A stretch of 64,000 nucleotides of DNA from contig CDROCS010002459.1 of NCBI GenBank assembly GCA_977020255.1, positions 1 through 64,000 on the forward strand, in the 5' to 3' direction. This DNA is from Obrimoposthia wandeli. Taxonomy: Eukaryota. The notes under the pieces are model-generated. The model had not been told where the DNA came from. It made no database searches and was given only the letters and a program-made list of their open reading frames with translations. The position numbers and the translations under genes are program-made. Within the stretch, counting starts at the first letter, position 1. Every line of letters starts with the position of its first letter. Below are positions 1-14,332 of the stretch, in pieces.

Positions 1-842
1 TTTTCGGTTGTATTGATCGTTACGGTGATTATTATTGAACCAGTGTATACATATAAATGTACCAATTAGTTTATATGGTTTCTTTTATAATTAATACGAG
101 CAATAAAAAGCTAATGCCCTTGAATGCTTCTTTCCAAGCGCAGCAAAAATGATATGATAAAGATGTTTCTTTTCTCATTCATTGTCATCAATGTTTATTG
201 TACCACTAAAGTTGCTACCGCTCGCTATCCAGATGAATGTTGTGATCTTGTTCGGTTTTCAGATTTATTTTTCATCAAAGAAAATATCTAGATACTATAC
301 AAACACTCGATGCAGAAATTTCTCTGCATTTTCAGCTTGTATCAGTAAATTTAATCCGTCACAAAACTAATTCATGATTTTAATTGTTGACATATTACTT
401 TTATTGATCCATTTTATCATCATGTGTCTGATTATTTTTAACTTTTCAGTTCTATTGTTTCATCGTTAACATAAGCAGGTATATATGTCAGTTCCATACA
501 CAGTACCCTTAACCAAAGAGCTTTATTACTTATTCTTATCAGAGATTAAACTTCTTGTGTATATGTCCCGCTTCCTCTTTCTCTTTCTTTCTTCACACAC
601 CTGCATTTTCTATAGTCAATGTTTTAATTCGAGAAAAAATATAGATAACTTTTAATTCATAGTTATGCATCAAACAAACATAAATAATTCTAAACATTCC
701 ATTTCTCAATGTGCATCTAACTACATTTAAATTTCAATCATTTAAATTATCAAAAATACGTATTAATTACTTTGAATAATTAGTCACATGTAAATTGACA
801 AGTTACGAAAATCATATATTTTTTCTACTTTAATAAAAACAA

Positions 843-990
843 TTAATCACAAAGTGAATAATATTCATATGCTCTTGATTTATTTAAATTTATCCATTTA
901 CGCTTTTCATCAGTCGAACTTAATACATTTTCATTACCAAAAATTCGAATATTTTCTTGTAATACTTTCAAGATTTCACAATGAATAAAT
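843..990 (-). pseudogene. Relic C-terminus of a Polinton pPolB
   Basis: NVLSSTDEKRKWINLNKSRAYEYY resembles the pPolB terminus (ALSSNDDKRFW..KN.SLAYGHF) of the large element. Confidence 0.5.
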
Positions 991-3574
991 ACAATTATTT
1001 TCTTTGATTGCATAAAAATAGTTGAAATTAGAAACTGCAAAATACAATTATAATTGATAAAATAAGCATTAAAATGCTTTGATTAAAAGATTTTATTGAT
1101 GTATTGCAGCTATTCTCTTATGTTGAAAATTCTAATTTATCTGATTTTTAAAACAAAAATAAAAATTTTATCTCGTAATATTGCTAATTAACATGTATAA
1201 TTATTATTGTAATTAACATTATTGTATATGTACAATAAACATAAGAAGTGTGTATATGTTTAAAAGTTTCTAATAACTAATATAATCATATATTGCGTGT
1301 ATAATGTATACTATAATGCCATTGTAATGTATTCTATAATGTCTATATGATGATATAAATTGTCTATCGACGAATTTATATGGATTATGATTATTTTACT
1401 ATAGAGAAAATCGAATGATTTCGATATCGAGAAATTGGAGTTTTATTACTGAAGTTTCTAGAGAATTAGTGTTTATCCGACTTTGGTACTTTATTGAGTC
1501 GCAGTCTTTTATTAGATGTGACGGATGTTAAACCTTTCTCTTTGAATTAAGTCAGTTTTCTATTAAAAAGAAAGAAAATTTCTATAGGATTAATTTTTGG
1601 GATGTTTCTATAGCCACAAAAAAATTGCATTAGAAGCAATTTTTCAAATATATTCAACCATACCTCATAATTTACAGTATTAATCGACCACACACAGGTT
1701 TGCAGGTAATAATGGGCCATCCTCAATTTAAGATGCCAGATTATATGATCTGGATCAATTTAGCACCGTTTGACAACATAGAGATATGGAAATTTGAGAC
1801 TCTTATTTAGTCCAACTTTCAAAATGACAGGGGTATATATAGAGGTATTGACAATGGGTTCTGTGTGAATTGGGACAATTGAATTCATGTGAGCTCTGCT
1901 TCATTAATTATTCAACCAGGAAAAAATAGTACCGATATAAACAATCTCCACAGATCACCACAGTTTGAGAGTGCAAATTTATGGAGTATTCAATGGCTTC
2001 CAAGAATAAGAATTCATTACTAGATTTTCAAACCCAATAGCGATGTTGAAAATAAAAGACAAGATTCTAACAGTTGAAATATTATATACTTCAAACAATA
2101 TATGGTGAATTTCAAATAGTAAAAAACGTAACTGGTAAAATAAATTTAAATATAACTTTTCTTATGAAAGCTAAATGTTGTCTAAGGGTAAAATTAAATT
2201 TCATTCATACTTTTGGTTAAATATCTGTATTTCTCAAAAATATTTCTGATAAGAGTCAAATGGTTTAAAGCTTCTACACATTAGGTCAAAACTACATGAT
2301 TATTCATGGGTTTCAGAATTCACTTTATCCTGTAAATTGTACAATACTTTATAAGCCTAACGTTATATTTAATAATTTATCCGACAACATTTAATTTAAA
2401 ACTTATGATAGATAATCATGAACTGTGTTTAAAGCAAGGTTAGGACCCCGTTAGAAATAATGAATATTTTACCTAAGAAAAATGCAAATGGTAAGTATAT
2501 GCAATGTATTGGTATGTATACAGTTCTACATATTTTAAAAAAATTTCATGATGACTCAGTAGGTAGATGTGGCACTTCTGGAACAAAGCCCCCTGAGGAC
2601 AAGTCAAAAATCAAGTTCAAAGTTGTGAGGTCAATTGGTTCATTTCCATACTCGAATCATGAGCTATTATGGGTTCCATAAAAGCCAAAGCATTTAAAAA
2701 AATCTATCCGTCTCTTATCTTCAATAATTGGATCTATAATAATTTTTTCTTCTATCGTCACTTCATTAATAGTTTCTTCTCTTCTTATAACTGTTTGTTG
2801 TTGGTGGTGATGACGTTGTTGGCGATGATGTTGCGGCTGCTGGTTGTGGTGTTGAATTGATTTTCTCCATTTTATCAATTCCGAGTCAATTTAGTCTTAT
2901 ATATTAAACAAGGTTTGATTTCATTGGAGCATCAGTTTCATCATATGGTTTGATTGGGTATTATTCAACCTTTCCATTGTACTTAACATCTCATGTAAAT
3001 GTAGTTGATGACGTAACCTAAAGAGTTAAATAAACTACATATAAATATTACTCATGATTATTTTCCTAATTAAAGCATTGAGAATAACTGAAGCAAAGAT
3101 CTTTTAATGCATCCTGAACCTCTTTACATTCAATAATTTCATCCATTTTATGATAAAGCAAATTAAATATGGTTTATAACCCATGAAAAATCTATTTTTA
3201 GACCACATTCTTTACAAGAATAGTCATGTCTTTGTCTTAGTATAAGCAATATTTTGATAATATTTTTATTGAAAATGGATAATCAAAATAATGAAAGTAA
3301 GAGAACTGTACATATATAGGTTCCGGTAGTAATTTATATTCTAATATGAATTATAATAGAAATAATCAGAGAAAATATTAATCCATCAAGTCAAACAATA
3401 ACAAGTCCTACGCGTAACCGAAGAACGTGAGCCCTTTGAGGATATGACTAATACTAGACGATAAACAAGAATGTTAACCCATTGCGACTAATTGATTTTC
3501 CTCACCAAGAATATCGACCAATTAGAATAGAGCTTTAGAGGATAAACAATTGAATATTTCAATTTATAATTGTC

Positions 3575-3965
3575 AATATGAATTTGGAAAAAGCTATATC
3601 AACCTATGCATACATATTATGGATATGAGATGCACTTTTGAAGAAAGCTCATAACTATAATTTTATTTTTCCCGTCAACATCGAGCCGCTTAAATTTGAT
3701 TTTGAAATATCAAATTTGACTTCTGTGGATAAAGAGACTCAATATTCTCTTGACTCAATTCGGAATCAACTATGCGCTTCAGGAAAACAAATTCGTAATC
3801 AAAGGATCAACTGCCACTTTCAAGCATGAGAATGGAACAATATACGAAGCACCTCCTCCTAAGCTAGAATGGATTATCTCAATCAGAATTCAAGGATGCA
3901 AGATCGGGCCCAGTGGATTGGAAACTCCGATATGGAAAATAATTGATGCTGTTAGAGTTGACTAA
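3575..3965 (+). pseudogene. Frameshifted member of the recurring orphan Polinton protein family
   Basis: Joined frames give YYGYEMHFLKKAH...PVNIEPLKF...NKFVIKGSTATF...WIISIRIQGCK...PIWKIIDA, which aligns to the 26313-26788 protein. Confidence 0.7.
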
Positions 3966-4034
3966 TAAATTTTTGTGTCTTTATTTGTATTATTTTATAT
4001 ATATAAACAATAGTGATACTTTAATATTTATTAT

Positions 4035-4458
4035 GAAAATGACTAAAAACCTACTAAATCATTAAAGACTAAGGTTAAAAAGACTATGAGTAAAAGGAAA
4101 ATCATGGAGGGTTTGGGTATTCATATGATGGCAGCAAATCTTTTAGGTAGATGGTTTGGTGGAGTTGATAAAAAACTATAAAGCACAAAAAGAATGTGGA
4201 TTATTTGAGAGTATACAAAATCAGAAACGAGTGCAAAAAGGAGATGGTATACAAAAAGGGGATGGTATGCTTGATATTTTTGTAAAATTAGATAAACTTA
4301 CAAAAGCATTTGAAAAGGATCCTAGTGCCTATCTTGGTCCAAAACTAAACTTTTTTAGCAAACCAACCAAAAACTTTGTAATTACATTGCAGTACGTCTT
4401 TGTTAGACACTCACACATATATACATCTATAAGAATAAATGTAGTACTTGTTACATAA
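4035..4458 (+). pseudogene. Basic Polinton-type protein with repeated xxGxG motifs
   Basis: K-rich N-terminus, MEGLG and QKGDG twice; frameshifted. Confidence 0.45.
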
Positions 4459-4721
4459 AGATGCAAGTATTTGCAATATAGATGCGTGACTGTTTTTGTT
4501 AAATATAGGAACGTTTAAACATTATTATCAAATTATATAATACTTTATTTTATAAGTAGATAATTTAATTTAATTTAAATAAATTTATCAAATTATATAA
4601 TATTTTATTTTATATAGATAATTTAATTTAAATTATAAAACACACACTAGATGTATTTTGTTGAATTGGTGTTAATACAGTCTTTAGATAAAAAGATTTA
4701 AAGAATGTTACTAAAAATAGA

Positions 4722-5046
4722 ATCTTTTTGACCTCACCATGACCTTAAGTTGTCCTCATGACGTCATGACCTTAAAGTACATTGACCTTAACCTGACTTC
4801 ATGAGGTCATGACCTACATCTTGTCCTCATCGTGACCTTAAGTTGTCCTCATGACTTTAAATAAAAAATCATGTACTCGGGAGAAATTTGACCTACATCT
4901 GTCATAAAAAAATTTCGCGCAAATTTCAAAAATTTTGACCTATATTTCAAAAATTTCGCGCAAATTTCAAAAATTTTACCCTATATTTCAAATTTTTCGC
5001 GCAAATTTCAAAATTTGACCTAAATTTTTTGTCCTCATCAAAAAAT
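4722..5046. repeat. Subterminal imperfect tandem repeats of the mini-Polinton
   Basis: gacctta/gttgtcctcatg motifs, then three ~41-bp units aaatttcgcgcaaatttcaaaaattttgacctatatttc at about 4910, 4951 and 4991. Confidence 0.8.
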
Positions 5047-6104
5047 TTGACCTAGATTTTTGACTTGTCCTCAGGGGGGGGCTTTGTTCCAGAAGTGCCA
5101 CATCTACCTACTGACTCCAAACGTTTACAAGCGTTCTTGACCACCTCAAACTAAAAATTTCCTTACAGCAGTCATAAATGCCATTAAAGTTTCAGGTTGT
5201 GTTTGATCAAAAATGGAATTTCAAAATTTTTAGTTACTATAAAAGAGGAAATTCACATACTGGAAACATTAGAAGGTAGTTTTCACTATTTACTTTAGTC
5301 AACTCCAAAAAAACAGCACAATCTGCAAAGTAACAAATACCGGTAACATCAGCTGGTAAAGCACATCATTGGTAGCTTTGATTTTGATTCAATGTTTAGT
5401 CGATACAAATTTCAGTGTGTACTGTAAAGAAATTGGGTAAGTAAGGTTTATTTCAACTAACAATCATTTGCAATCAAAATTACTTATATTTAATACAGCA
5501 TCAATGGTATAATAACTGTAAGAATTATGATTCAAAGGCGCTTTACAACTCAACAACTCTGAGCAATGAAATGTAATATTTTCTAATATTATTCCACTTT
5601 TAATACTGTTAATGGCAAACTATTGTAAAGCTTTTTTATGCATGTACCCAGAAATAATGGCCTTCTCTCCTTGTTTTAGATATTTTAATTGTAAACATTG
5701 TGAATTCAAGAACGAATTCGTAGGAATCACGAAAACAAGAAAAACTACACTAAGAAACCGTGCTGTCATTATGATTAGTACAATTTAATAATTTTTGCAT
5801 CGGGTATAACTAAGTTTTCTAGAACTAAATGTAAATTTATAGCTTATGATATTGGAAAAATATCTTGTAAACTTTAAAGCATAAAAGAACTTTTTTATTA
5901 CTAGTTTTCAAAATATAGTACAATACGACTGTAGTATCAAAATCTTAAAAACAGCAGTCTCATAATTCTTTAATGTGTTTTCACATGTTACTATATGCAT
6001 TCTGTACTTGTGAGAAAATTACATATTCCCGTAAGTTTTACTGTCATTGATAATAACAAATTTTGAAAATGAAATTGATAAATTTCAAATGTTTTTTTAT
6101 GAGT

Positions 6105-6715
6105 AAAAATAAAGAACGTAATTTAAAAAATCATATCAATTTTATCAAACTTAACATTTAGCATTGGCATTTCTTTATTTTATAGAGTTCCATATGTTTT
6201 CCATTTCCTTCAATTACACGAAGACGACCATGATAATTCTAAATGTAGAGATTTATTTTAGCTACATTTGAAATGCTTCGCGAACAGTTTTATCCAATAC
6301 TTAGTCGGTCAGAAAGACAAATGAAACAGTATATACATGACGGTGCACCTCTTCAAAGGGGTTTGGTGTTAGAAGTTGGTTGGATGAAATGTTCAACATC
6401 ATGTGGATCATCTACAATGCCTTGACCTCGTTCACCAGACCTATTTCCTTGTGATTATTTTCTGTATATTCTCAAGTATATGATGTTAAGTTAAAAAGTG
6501 TGTTGAAACTCAAGGAAAAGATCAAAGGGGCATTTCAGTTAGTTAACTAAAAAAATGCTTTCTGAAGTTTTTGAGAATTATCACTATCAATTTCATTGTG
6601 TAATTGAAGATAATGAAAAATATATAGAACTCTATAAAATAAAGAAAAGGCAATGCTAAATGTTAAGTTTGACAAAAATAAAATGGTTTTTAAAATTAGT
6701 TCTTTATCTTTCAAT
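6105..6715 (+). mobile_element. Internally deleted Tc1/mariner-type element with long inverted repeats
   Basis: ~6105-6205 is an imperfect inverted repeat of ~6611-6715; the interior encodes HDGAP...PRSPDL.PCDYFL remnants. Confidence 0.7.
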
Positions 6716-9700
6716 TTATTACATTTTAAAATCTCTACCTTTAGAGTTGTCCTACTGTATTTCTATCTAGGTTCCTTTAAATAATTTCATAGTTGCGTAC
6801 GTTTGTTTCATTAATAATCGAGCATCGACAATCAGAAATATGGATTCAAAAATATTTTTCTAAGTTTTTTTAAAATAATGACATCTAATGACTATAACTA
6901 TATTGGCCTTTAAATTTCAACCAAATCCAGGTATGCTAACCTTAGGAATCAGTATGGCGAGAACATCTCGCCAGAGCAATAGTCAAATATAAGTCTGAAC
7001 AAACTGAGCAACAACTCTAAAACCGCAGTGAAAGTATCATTCTGCTACTGGAACCATGAATACACAACGACACAGGAATCCGCGAGAATGTTCGGAAATT
7101 GATCATCTAATTATGCTGATGTTTGTGAGATTTCCACTATCCACCATGTGTCGTAGCACTTGTGAATGTGTGTGGTGAAATTGTTCTCTCTTTCCACTAG
7201 TGTACTTCGAGATGTCTACTTACAGCTTGAAATTGCAATTGAAGCTGAAGTTACCATGTTTTGTAAAACAATAATGCTTAGTATATGAGAAGTGTTCAGA
7301 AAATTCGTGTGGATCTTCATTTTGCTTTAAATTAATTATCCTTCTATCGATTTTGCTATTTTTTCATACAATATAAAAACAAGTCATGGGATTAAACCAA
7401 TATACTTGAAATCAAAAATTGAATATAGTTCCTTTTTAAAATGAACAGAGTAGTTTTTAAGTTATAGGTGAAATGAGAGAGTTGACGTTGGATATAACAG
7501 AAGAGCTGAAAGTGGTCTTTAGTGTGTTCGCTTTCTTGGAGAAGACAAATCAAAAGGGGAGTCGGTTGTGTCAGTCAGAGACTCATCAAATTTGTTGAAA
7601 ACCCTGATGCCTTCCTCATTAGAATGGTCACAGGCGATAAGACACGACTGCAAGGCTGTGATACGGAATCCAAGCATATGTATGTGGAGTGAAGGGTAAA
7701 AGGATCAGCTCCATCGATAAAGTAAATGACAAAATACATTAGAACCAAGCTATTAAAAATGATTTTTACGCTGGCAATTTTTCCTTTATATTGAAAAACT
7801 GAAAGATCCCCTCCAAGAGAAACAAAGAGACAAGTTAAAGATTTATATTTTAAGAGATAGACATATACACGACGTTTCTGAACACACTCATAAATTAGCT
7901 GGTCTCATTGACCAAAGGAGCTTCTCGGCTATAACTGTCGCTTACTGTTTGACGGTTTTGAAGGCAATTACTTGCACTGAATTCTTTATCAATCCATGAA
8001 ATCAGCATTATAAAAAGGGCATCGTTTGAACAATTAGAGTCATGATCTAATACTCCACAGAATTTAACTTCTTAAGCACGTTATTTCCTCTAAGCATCTT
8101 ATCATAATATATATAATCAGGCACTGCATCTAATGTCATAATCATTTCAAGAAAATACATTTATATTACCACAAAATATATTAACTGGCAGTGAAGTTTA
8201 GGCGATGGCTCGCATCATTTCTTGACATGCTTTGAAGGAATCACCACTTGTATATTTACTGTACAGTATTAATCAAAAAGCGAAATCAATTTAATGATTT
8301 ATATTTTCTTTTATTTCTGAATTATCATGTCGTCGCCAATTCATGAATAAGTATTTTAAGGATACCAACAAACAGTTGGAGTTGTACTTGTGTGCTACCC
8401 TGTTACTCATTGGACTAGGCTTTACAACACTTACAGAAGAAATCGAGGCGGGTAATTACGGTCATTTTCTGTTTTCAACAAATTATTCAATTGTTTAGAA
8501 ATTTGTAAATGCCTCCATTACATTATATTTAAGATATGGTTTAGGATGATAAAAATGTATTAAATAAAACGAAATCAACCGTTGTGTAATAAATATAGTT
8601 TAAAGTTTACGTTTCTTATGCATTTAAAATGTATAAACACTCAAAAATCATGGAGTATTAATTTAATTATCGAGAAAAACCTATTAGGTAATTAATCATT
8701 TCAATTTAAAACACGAATTAAGAAGAAGCAAACACGCTAGTAAGCAATCTTGAACACATTCTTGGTTAGATGTCGCCCATTCCCCCCAAATTATGAAGTT
8801 TCTTCTATCAGTGGCTAAGTTTGGGCCTCAGAAAATCATCATGCATGCTCAGAAAAGCCCTTAAATTCTCCTAACGTTACTGTATATAACAGATTTTCTG
8901 TCAAATTCCTATTTTGAGAACGGCGAAAAGACAGGAAAATTGTGTTACCGCATTGGAAAATGACATTCTAGTTTGTGATTAGCCATTTTATACGAGATCA
9001 GGCTACACCTCACACAAAAAGAATACCTGTCACCAAATCTGTGAAGACCAGTGATTGGAAAAGAATTTGACTAGTCAGATAACCAGATTTAAATATGTGA
9101 TTTCTGGTTTAGAAGAAACTGGAGCAGGCGAGTCTATAAACACAACATCTCGAATCTAGATGAGTTCAAAACTGTTATTCAAATGGAAGTACAAATCATA
9201 GATCTATTTTGCATTTAAGTTAGTTGTCTGGATAAGGAAATAGAAGAGGACCGCTTATATTTAATGATACTTTTTTATTTACATGTAATAAAGTAATGTT
9301 GATACAAGTTCAACGTTTGGTTTCAAATGAAAGGAAACTAAACTGGAAAGCTTTGTTTTATTTTCCCTTTGTGACTATTTCCCACAAACCGTATATGTTA
9401 TCTTCCCGATCTAATGGTCTATCTTATAATATATAATGCTTGTGAAAATGGATGACAATTAATGAATTCAATTTGGGCTTTATTTAAATTTAAATCATAT
9501 TAAATATTATCTACTCATTACAAGCTTTTACGTCAAATCGAGTTAAAAAGGAAAGATCAGTATCAAAGGATGGACGAGATGGCACATGAACTTAACTTGC
9601 ATTTTAATGATACTTAAGGATACATAGTACTTTTAGTTGCTAATAAATTCGTTGAATAGTTTTTAACTCTTCTTTCTTTAAAATTTTGATTTAATACAAA

Positions 9701-10199
9701 ACAAAGGAAAATACACTTCATGCAATACTTCAAAATAAGCATAATGTCAAAATCTTTGTGCTTGATGTATCTAAAATTGCAACAATTGTTTTGTGATACT
9801 ATGCACACAGTAGCATCGAATTTCGATTCATCGCCCAGTTACAGTTATTGCATTATTCAGTTCACATGACTATCAATAATAAAAAAAGTATAAAACGTAA
9901 ATTTGATAGCACTACTTGAACTATTTAAAAATAGATTTAACCATTGATAAATCTTCGCTGATGGTTCAAAGAAATAAAATGCTATCGAAATTAATTTACT
10001 TTATGTTAAACGTTTTCAAACACTTTAACAGTATAAAAATATGAATATAGTGAATTCTCAATAGTTTGGCATCCTGAATACGACAAAAATAATTTTAATA
10101 TACTATCACATCCAACAACAAAAATAACTGTAAGTTGTATAATTTCACAGGTAGATACTGAAGAGATTATTATGGGAAATGATATTATGAATACAGATG

Positions 10200-10310
10200 C
10201 CAACGTCTTTCAATATTAGTTAAATGACTTAGTTAGAGATTTGAATATTTCTAAACGACAAGCTGAAATACTTATGTCGTGTTTGCAACAATGGAATCCA
10301 CTAGAAACCA
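10200..10310 (+). pseudogene. DNA transposase relic (Chapaev3/CMC-like)
   Basis: LNDLVRDLNISKRQAEILMSCLQQWNPL matches a motif recalled from this transposase family; the superfamily assignment is from memory. Confidence 0.45.
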
Positions 10311-11849
10311 ATTCAAGCATTCCATGTATTCATAACCAATCATAGAACAAATTGTTATAACTAAGGGACATTTTCTTTAGTGAAAATCATAGATTTCTAC
10401 AAAATTTACGTTGCAAGTTTAAAATAAATTAGTTATTTAAAGTCTCTCCCATATTCATTATTTAAAAGATATTTATATATTTATAGGGTTTATACACATT
10501 TTTAAACTTTACTTAAAGTCAAATGACTTCATTAGTGTATTTATTTTAAAATTATGTTTAACTACAATAATTTATGAAACTCTTAGCAACGGAACATTTA
10601 AACAATATTATTTTGTATACATTTTATAGTTTGATTTATTAATATTTCTGATGATGTTTTTGAAGAGCTAATATTTTAAAATTGTTTAAACTATTTTTGA
10701 GAATATTTTGAAAATATGAAGATTGGTGATTTACACTTCTATAACCTCCCGTGTAAATATAATATTTCACATATATATAATCGTTATTTTGTGTATAAAA
10801 TTATTTTCTGACATTGTTAATATCGAAAAAGAAAAATTGTAATAAGCTAATGCAATCAGACTGGAAATATGCTATTGAGGTGAAAATAATAGCTATTATT
10901 TGTTACGTAGTCTAGTTAAAGAAATTTGTCATGTTTCTACATTGTAACTTTGTTAAGTTACAATGATAAATTAATGGAATTGAAATCAAGTAATAATAAT
11001 TATTAGATTTCAAGTTAATCTAAATACTTAGCATGACAGCTAAAAGTTTAAGATTAGTCTCGAACATTTACCATTAACAAGCAAGTTTATTGCAATATGG
11101 CTAAACAAATAACTGTTACCACTTCAATTCCTAGTCATTTACGAAATACAGTTTGTATGCATGCATTAGACAACAACTTTGCCCCGTTGTTCTAACAAAC
11201 TCGTCATGAATTCAGGCTCATGTATACGTGAACTTCGTCAGGTCTGTTTCGAAAACAACTTTAACAACATAATGCACGGACTGTAATTAAATTCCACAAT
11301 CCTTAGAGCCAAATGTCTATTTATAGTCAGTGGAAAACTAGCAAATATTTGAGCTTTGGATTCCAATTAATTGAATGCACAAATATGTTTCGAGAAGATT
11401 TGGTCCATAAATAGCACCAGACCAAACTTAGAGGTCACTAACAAAATGTATGAAATGAAAAGAAACGTAAAATATGTTGTGATATAACAAAGTTTGTTCG
11501 TATTAAAATTTATGAAATATAATAAATTATAAATTTAGTCAATTATAATCATAATTATTGAATTTTAAATTTACATCTAAACATTTTTATAAATGTCAAT
11601 GGTATATATTTTGTACACTTTTATAGTCGTTATATTGATGATTTTAAAATAGAAAAATGTTTTAGTAATAAAGAAATATTGCATGAATTTTTGATTGAAA
11701 ACATTTTTGTTTAACACTATTAATTTAGTTGTACGTGTTTTTCTGCAAAATTCAAATCTGTGACTATGGTACTAAGGCATTACAGCCATAAAACTGGAAG
11801 AATATTTATTACGAAAACACGACTAGGAAAATTTTGAAGAGATTTAGGA

Positions 11850-12520
11850 GTACTAGAAGTGCAGTATATGAACCGTAATCTGGACGTTCCAAATTTGAAA
11901 AATTAAAGAGAAGTTCCTAAATTACTCAAATTCATCGTTATGAAATGCACCCAGAGTTCTCAATAGTTCATATGGATTTGCTTAGATAGTTCTAAAATAT
12001 GAGTTGAAATGCAAACCCTATAAACTTCAAGTAACACAAGAGTTGCACGAAGATTATTCACTCGAGTTCCAAATGTTTTCAGAAGCAAATGATGACATTG
12101 GACATTTTTACAAAACTTGGTATTCTCCGATGAAGCAACATTCCACTTATATGTTGTCAATCAATCCAACTATCGAATCAAGAGCACTGGAAAACCAATT
12201 AATACATACCAGACCAAAGGTTAACGTGTGGATGGTGATGTCAATCACAAGAGTTTATGGCACTTTCTTTTTTAAAGATAATGTCAATGGAGCCAACTAT
12301 CTGGATATGTTATGGTATTGTTTAATTCCAACATACCATCAAATTTGCTGTTTTCCAACAAGATGGTTCACCTACACATTTTGCACATGCTGTAAAAGTT
12401 TTTAAAACATGAAATTTTATGAAGGAAGGTTAGGAGAAAGTGGACCAATGTTGCAAGAGTCCTTTCTCTGTTTCCATTGAACTGTTTGTGAGTGTGGTTT
12501 AAGGCAATGGTTTACCGATA
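11850..12520 (+). pseudogene. Degenerate IS630-Tc1-mariner transposase
   Basis: Across frames: VFSDEATFHL, PKVNVW, FFFKDNVNGANYLDML, FQQDGSPTH. Confidence 0.75.
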
Positions 12521-13189
12521 TGAACTGAAAACTATCCACGAACGTCTTAAGAAATGTTATGTTTGCTTTATTTGTTTATTTTTAATTAAAATTTCCCTAC
12601 TTAACGATCTATATGACCAGAGTAAAAATGTTTTTTATTTCATAACCTTCGAAAGTTTAAAAATGAGCTGAAGCTATAACTTATGAATTAATGTTTGTGA
12701 AAATAATTAAATTATTCAAAAGTTATCTTAATTTTATCAACAAAAAGCCTGAGGTAATCACATAACTTTTTAGAAACATTTTTGAGGATGAGTCGCGTAA
12801 GCTGAATACTGTAGCTAGCTTTAAAGTCGGATGGTAATCCAAATCGTCTGATTGAAGAGAAAATCGATTGGAAACTGCCGTTGGAGCAATCTGGTAGCTC
12901 TCATTTGTCCGATATATCGTCCATTTAGTTGAACTATGAATTGGCACTGCCTGCGGCTCCTTGCAACAGTTTCATGGGAATTAAAAATCGTGAAATGGTA
13001 TATAACTTTATCAGATTTTAATGATTCATTTTATTGATGAAATCATTTCCTACTTCCCTAAGCTTTGTATCGCCTAGACATAAATCAATAATACAATATG
13101 AACTCTTCTGATTAATCATATACTAACCAAATCCACTATTCCCTGAAGCAATCAATAGAACAAGTGTTGTTGTAATCCAACCAGCAAAA

Positions 13190-13570
13190 TAGTTTGACAT
13201 ATTTTCCTATTCATTTAGGCATTTCAACCAAAAGATGGTATTTTGCACTCATAGAGACGCCACACTGGTTGCTGCAGTACTCAAGTGACTGAACGAGGAG
13301 TTCCCGAATAGGTGGATGGGTCGTGGACCCCCAGTTTGGTCGCCAGATCTCACTTTTTTCTATAGTCATTTATCAAATCTAAAGTGTACAGGAGTGAGCC
13401 TAGGAACATTGTTGGAATCGCAGTTGCCATGCGACAGAATAGTATGGTGGAGTACTGTGAAAGGTTGAACAAAGTGGCAGAATTGGGTGGTGGTCATGTA
13501 GATAAATTGAGCACAGGCATTCCTCGCTTTACGTCGGAGACACGCTCCAGTGAGATACGACGTATGTAAA
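13190..13570 (+). pseudogene. Tc1/mariner transposase C-terminal relic
   Basis: LNEEFPNRWMGRG...WSPDLT motif. Confidence 0.6.
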
Positions 13571-13608
13571 AGAAAACGACTAATATGAACTAACATTTCT
13601 TCATGTCT

Positions 13609-14332
13609 TTAAAATAATTAATAAAACATTAATAAGCTTAATATACGTGCTATATCGACTGCACGTTCTGCCTGTCTAAAACAATTATTACACCGAATGT
13701 TGTCTTAAGGTTCACATCTATCCGAGCCTTTTCACTTTACGTGCAGGGATAGCCGTAATTATGGATAACATTATTTTTTAAAATGTATGTTTATAATAAA
13801 TTCTAAAATATTTAAATACATTTATAAATAGATTTTCATAAGCCAAATTTAAACAATTTCTAAGAAATTGTAATGTTATATTTGTTTTCTGCTTTTTTGA
13901 TTAAAAAAATTAAAACAACGTTATAACGAAAGACCTAAAACAAGAATGACCTGTATTAGTAAAATAATAATTTACTCTAATCCGAAAGTTTAATTGTAGC
14001 ACCCTCAATATACTCAAAGGTTTATGAATATCATATGATAATTGAAGAATATATTTTTAAAAAGTGTATAACATTATTTTAATAAAACATCTAATTAATT
14101 TACTCTGGTTAATTTCAAATAATAAAGATGATATTTTATCTAACAGGTATACTTATTTTATCCATGCAATAATATAATTAAAATAATTAATAAAACATTA
14201 ATAAGCCTAATATACGTGCTATATCGACTGCACGTTCTGCCTGTCTAAAACAATTATTACACATAATTTTGTCTTAAGGTTCACATCTATCCGAGCCTTT
14301 TCACTTTACGTGCAGGAATAGCCGCAATTATG
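13609..14332. repeat. Two near-identical ~155-bp direct repeats (13609-13763, 14178-14332)
   Basis: Direct comparison of the two segments. Confidence 0.9.

Larger units (their letters stand above)
2558..5112. mobile_element. Non-autonomous mini-Polinton (2.55 kb)
   Basis: ~63-66 bp TIRs agtaggtagatgtggcacttctggaacaaagccccc... at 2558 and the reverse complement ending at 5112; flanked by GACTC/GACTC (5-bp TSD, or TGACTC 6-bp if the terminal T is shared); terminus matches the large Polinton terminus agtaggtggatgtg. Confidence 0.85.

Noticed and set aside
1-600. Possible hAT transposase relic (minus strand)
   Set aside because: Only faint motifs (KGTVYGTDIY, FCDGLNLLIQ) among many stops.
1480-2000. 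Possible integrase relic (plus strand)
   Set aside because: One weak motif; no catalytic residues are recoverable.
2657-2878. Q/H-rich ORF in the mini-Polinton
   Set aside because: Low complexity; an alternative frame (S/T/P-rich) is equally plausible, so no product can be called.
5160-5460. Possible pogo DDE fragment (minus strand)
   Set aside because: The LPADVTG motif alone is too degenerate.
7860-8100. Possible hAT relic (minus strand)
   Set aside because: The similarity is too weak to support by eye.
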